DNA of 10,227 nt from Octopus sinensis (Eukaryota): the NCBI RefSeq assembly GCF_006345805.1, contig NW_021827488.1, positions 1-10,227 on the forward strand, given 5' to 3'. Position 1 is the first letter of the stretch. Every line of letters starts with the position of its first letter. A model generated the notes under the pieces. It worked only from the letters and a program-made list of their open reading frames with translations. It searched no databases and was not told where the DNA came from. This document shows, in pieces, positions 9,228 through 10,227 of this stretch. The position numbers and the translations under genes are program-made.

Positions 9228-9500
9228 ATTTACTGGGGTAGTATTTACAACCGGTATTTTCAACTCTAGATATACTCTACTGAGGATTAGAAAATGATTA
9301 TGTAAGTAAAATTACACAATCTATTAACGATGAAACAATTGTACAGAGTTAATCTATTTTTTCGTTATTTTTCATTCGTCTTGCCCGCTTACCTTCTTGG
9401 CGTGTTGAGTAATACTTGAGAATAATTATTTAGTCGTGGATTCCTTTGCGGATCTATTTCTAGCGTTAGAGTGACCACATGTGGTCTCTCTTATTACTTG
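9228..9500 (+). mobile_element. Short hammerhead-bearing module between (TA)n tracts
   Basis: ~270-bp unit with sharp (TA)n borders, containing the 9274-9349 motif and a subterminal palindrome at 9468-9491. Confidence 0.6.
9274..9349 (+). ncRNA. Minimal type-I hammerhead ribozyme-like motif, core intact
   Basis: ACTCTA (9274-9279) - CTGAGGA (9280-9286) - stem II with GATTATGTAA/TTACACAATC hairpin - GAAAC (9332-9336) - palindromic AATT - GTA (9341-9343) - CAGAGT (9344-9349, pairing 5/6 with ACTCTA). Confidence 0.72.
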
Positions 9501-9516
9501 TATATATATATGTATA

Positions 9517-9569
<53 letters not shown>

Positions 9570-9570
9570 T
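9501..9570. repeat. (TA)n microsatellite, interrupted
   Basis: Direct reading. Confidence 0.95.
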
Positions 9571-10109
9571 ATCCATCTATATGCTTATGAACATGTGTCG
9601 CGCTTGGCATATTCATCAATGTAGTTTGTAAAATATTCGAATATACCCTGTCAATCAAAAAGAAAACCAAAACTTTATTCTCTTCCCATAAATCTGACGA
9701 CACTATTATTTCTGATAAGCCTTAATTATATAAGGTATCTTCCCGCATTCCCCTGCACATACGTATTTGGACATCGAAAACTGCATACAACGATACTGCA
9801 GGTCACTAACAGCGGCAAGAAATAATTAGAAGGACGGTAAAATGTGTAGTAACGTTTTAATGGTATACTTGAGCAAGTGAATGTCAAGAAGACCATTATA
9901 AGTGCATATGTATACATACATATATACATACATACGTGTGTGTATACATATATCTATGCTTGTACGCGTGTGAGTATATATATATAAATTAGAGAAAAAA
10001 CAGTATTATGTCTTTGTAATTTATATATATATATATATATATATTTATATTGTGAAATTTGATTTAATACTAAATTGAATTTTTCCCTGTACGTTTGGAG
10101 TTACTCCCC

Positions 10110-10227
10110 ATATTATTATTATATTATTATTATTATGATATATTATTATTATTATTATTATTATCTCTATATATATATACGTATGTATGCATGTATGTAT
10201 GTAGATGTATGTAGATGTATGTATAGT
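10110..10227. repeat. (TAT)n, (TA)n and (TATG/TAGA)n simple repeats
   Basis: Direct reading. Confidence 0.9.

Noticed and set aside
9693-9785. CTGACGA and CTGATAA + CCTTA/TAAGG hairpin as a hammerhead
   Set aside because: No properly placed GAAA-palindrome-UH half and no stem I partner.
244-9929. All ORFs in the supplied track as genes
   Set aside because: They are short and dominated by YI/CV/HT microsatellite translations or lie inside SINEs (3607-4141, 6962-7156, 7579-8140, 8888-9228). Matches to 'hypothetical proteins' would most likely be annotation artefacts.

Overview
AT-rich, non-coding eukaryotic DNA with no credible intact protein-coding gene; the listed ORFs are microsatellite or SINE read-throughs. 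The SINE sequences and dense (TA)n/(TATG)n/(TATC)n tracts look like an Octopus (coleoid cephalopod) intron or intergenic region; this is recognition from memory, not a database result. Three tRNA-derived SINE families are present: family A (2 young and 3 old copies), family B (1 copy) and a CORE-type family C (1 copy). The most interesting signal is a set of short, mutually unrelated modules (mostly ~180-310 bp, one ~820 bp), each between TA-rich microsatellites and each carrying a minimal type-I hammerhead-ribozyme-like motif (stem I - CUGANGA - stem II - GAAA + palindromic mini stem III + UH - stem I'). Six such motifs from about five families are visible. One has an intact core (9274-9349), two form a ~170-bp near-perfect hairpin (788-954), and one lies downstream of a possible decayed GIY-YIG endonuclease C-terminus. 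This suggests Penelope-like/retrozyme-type elements that insert in TA microsatellites.
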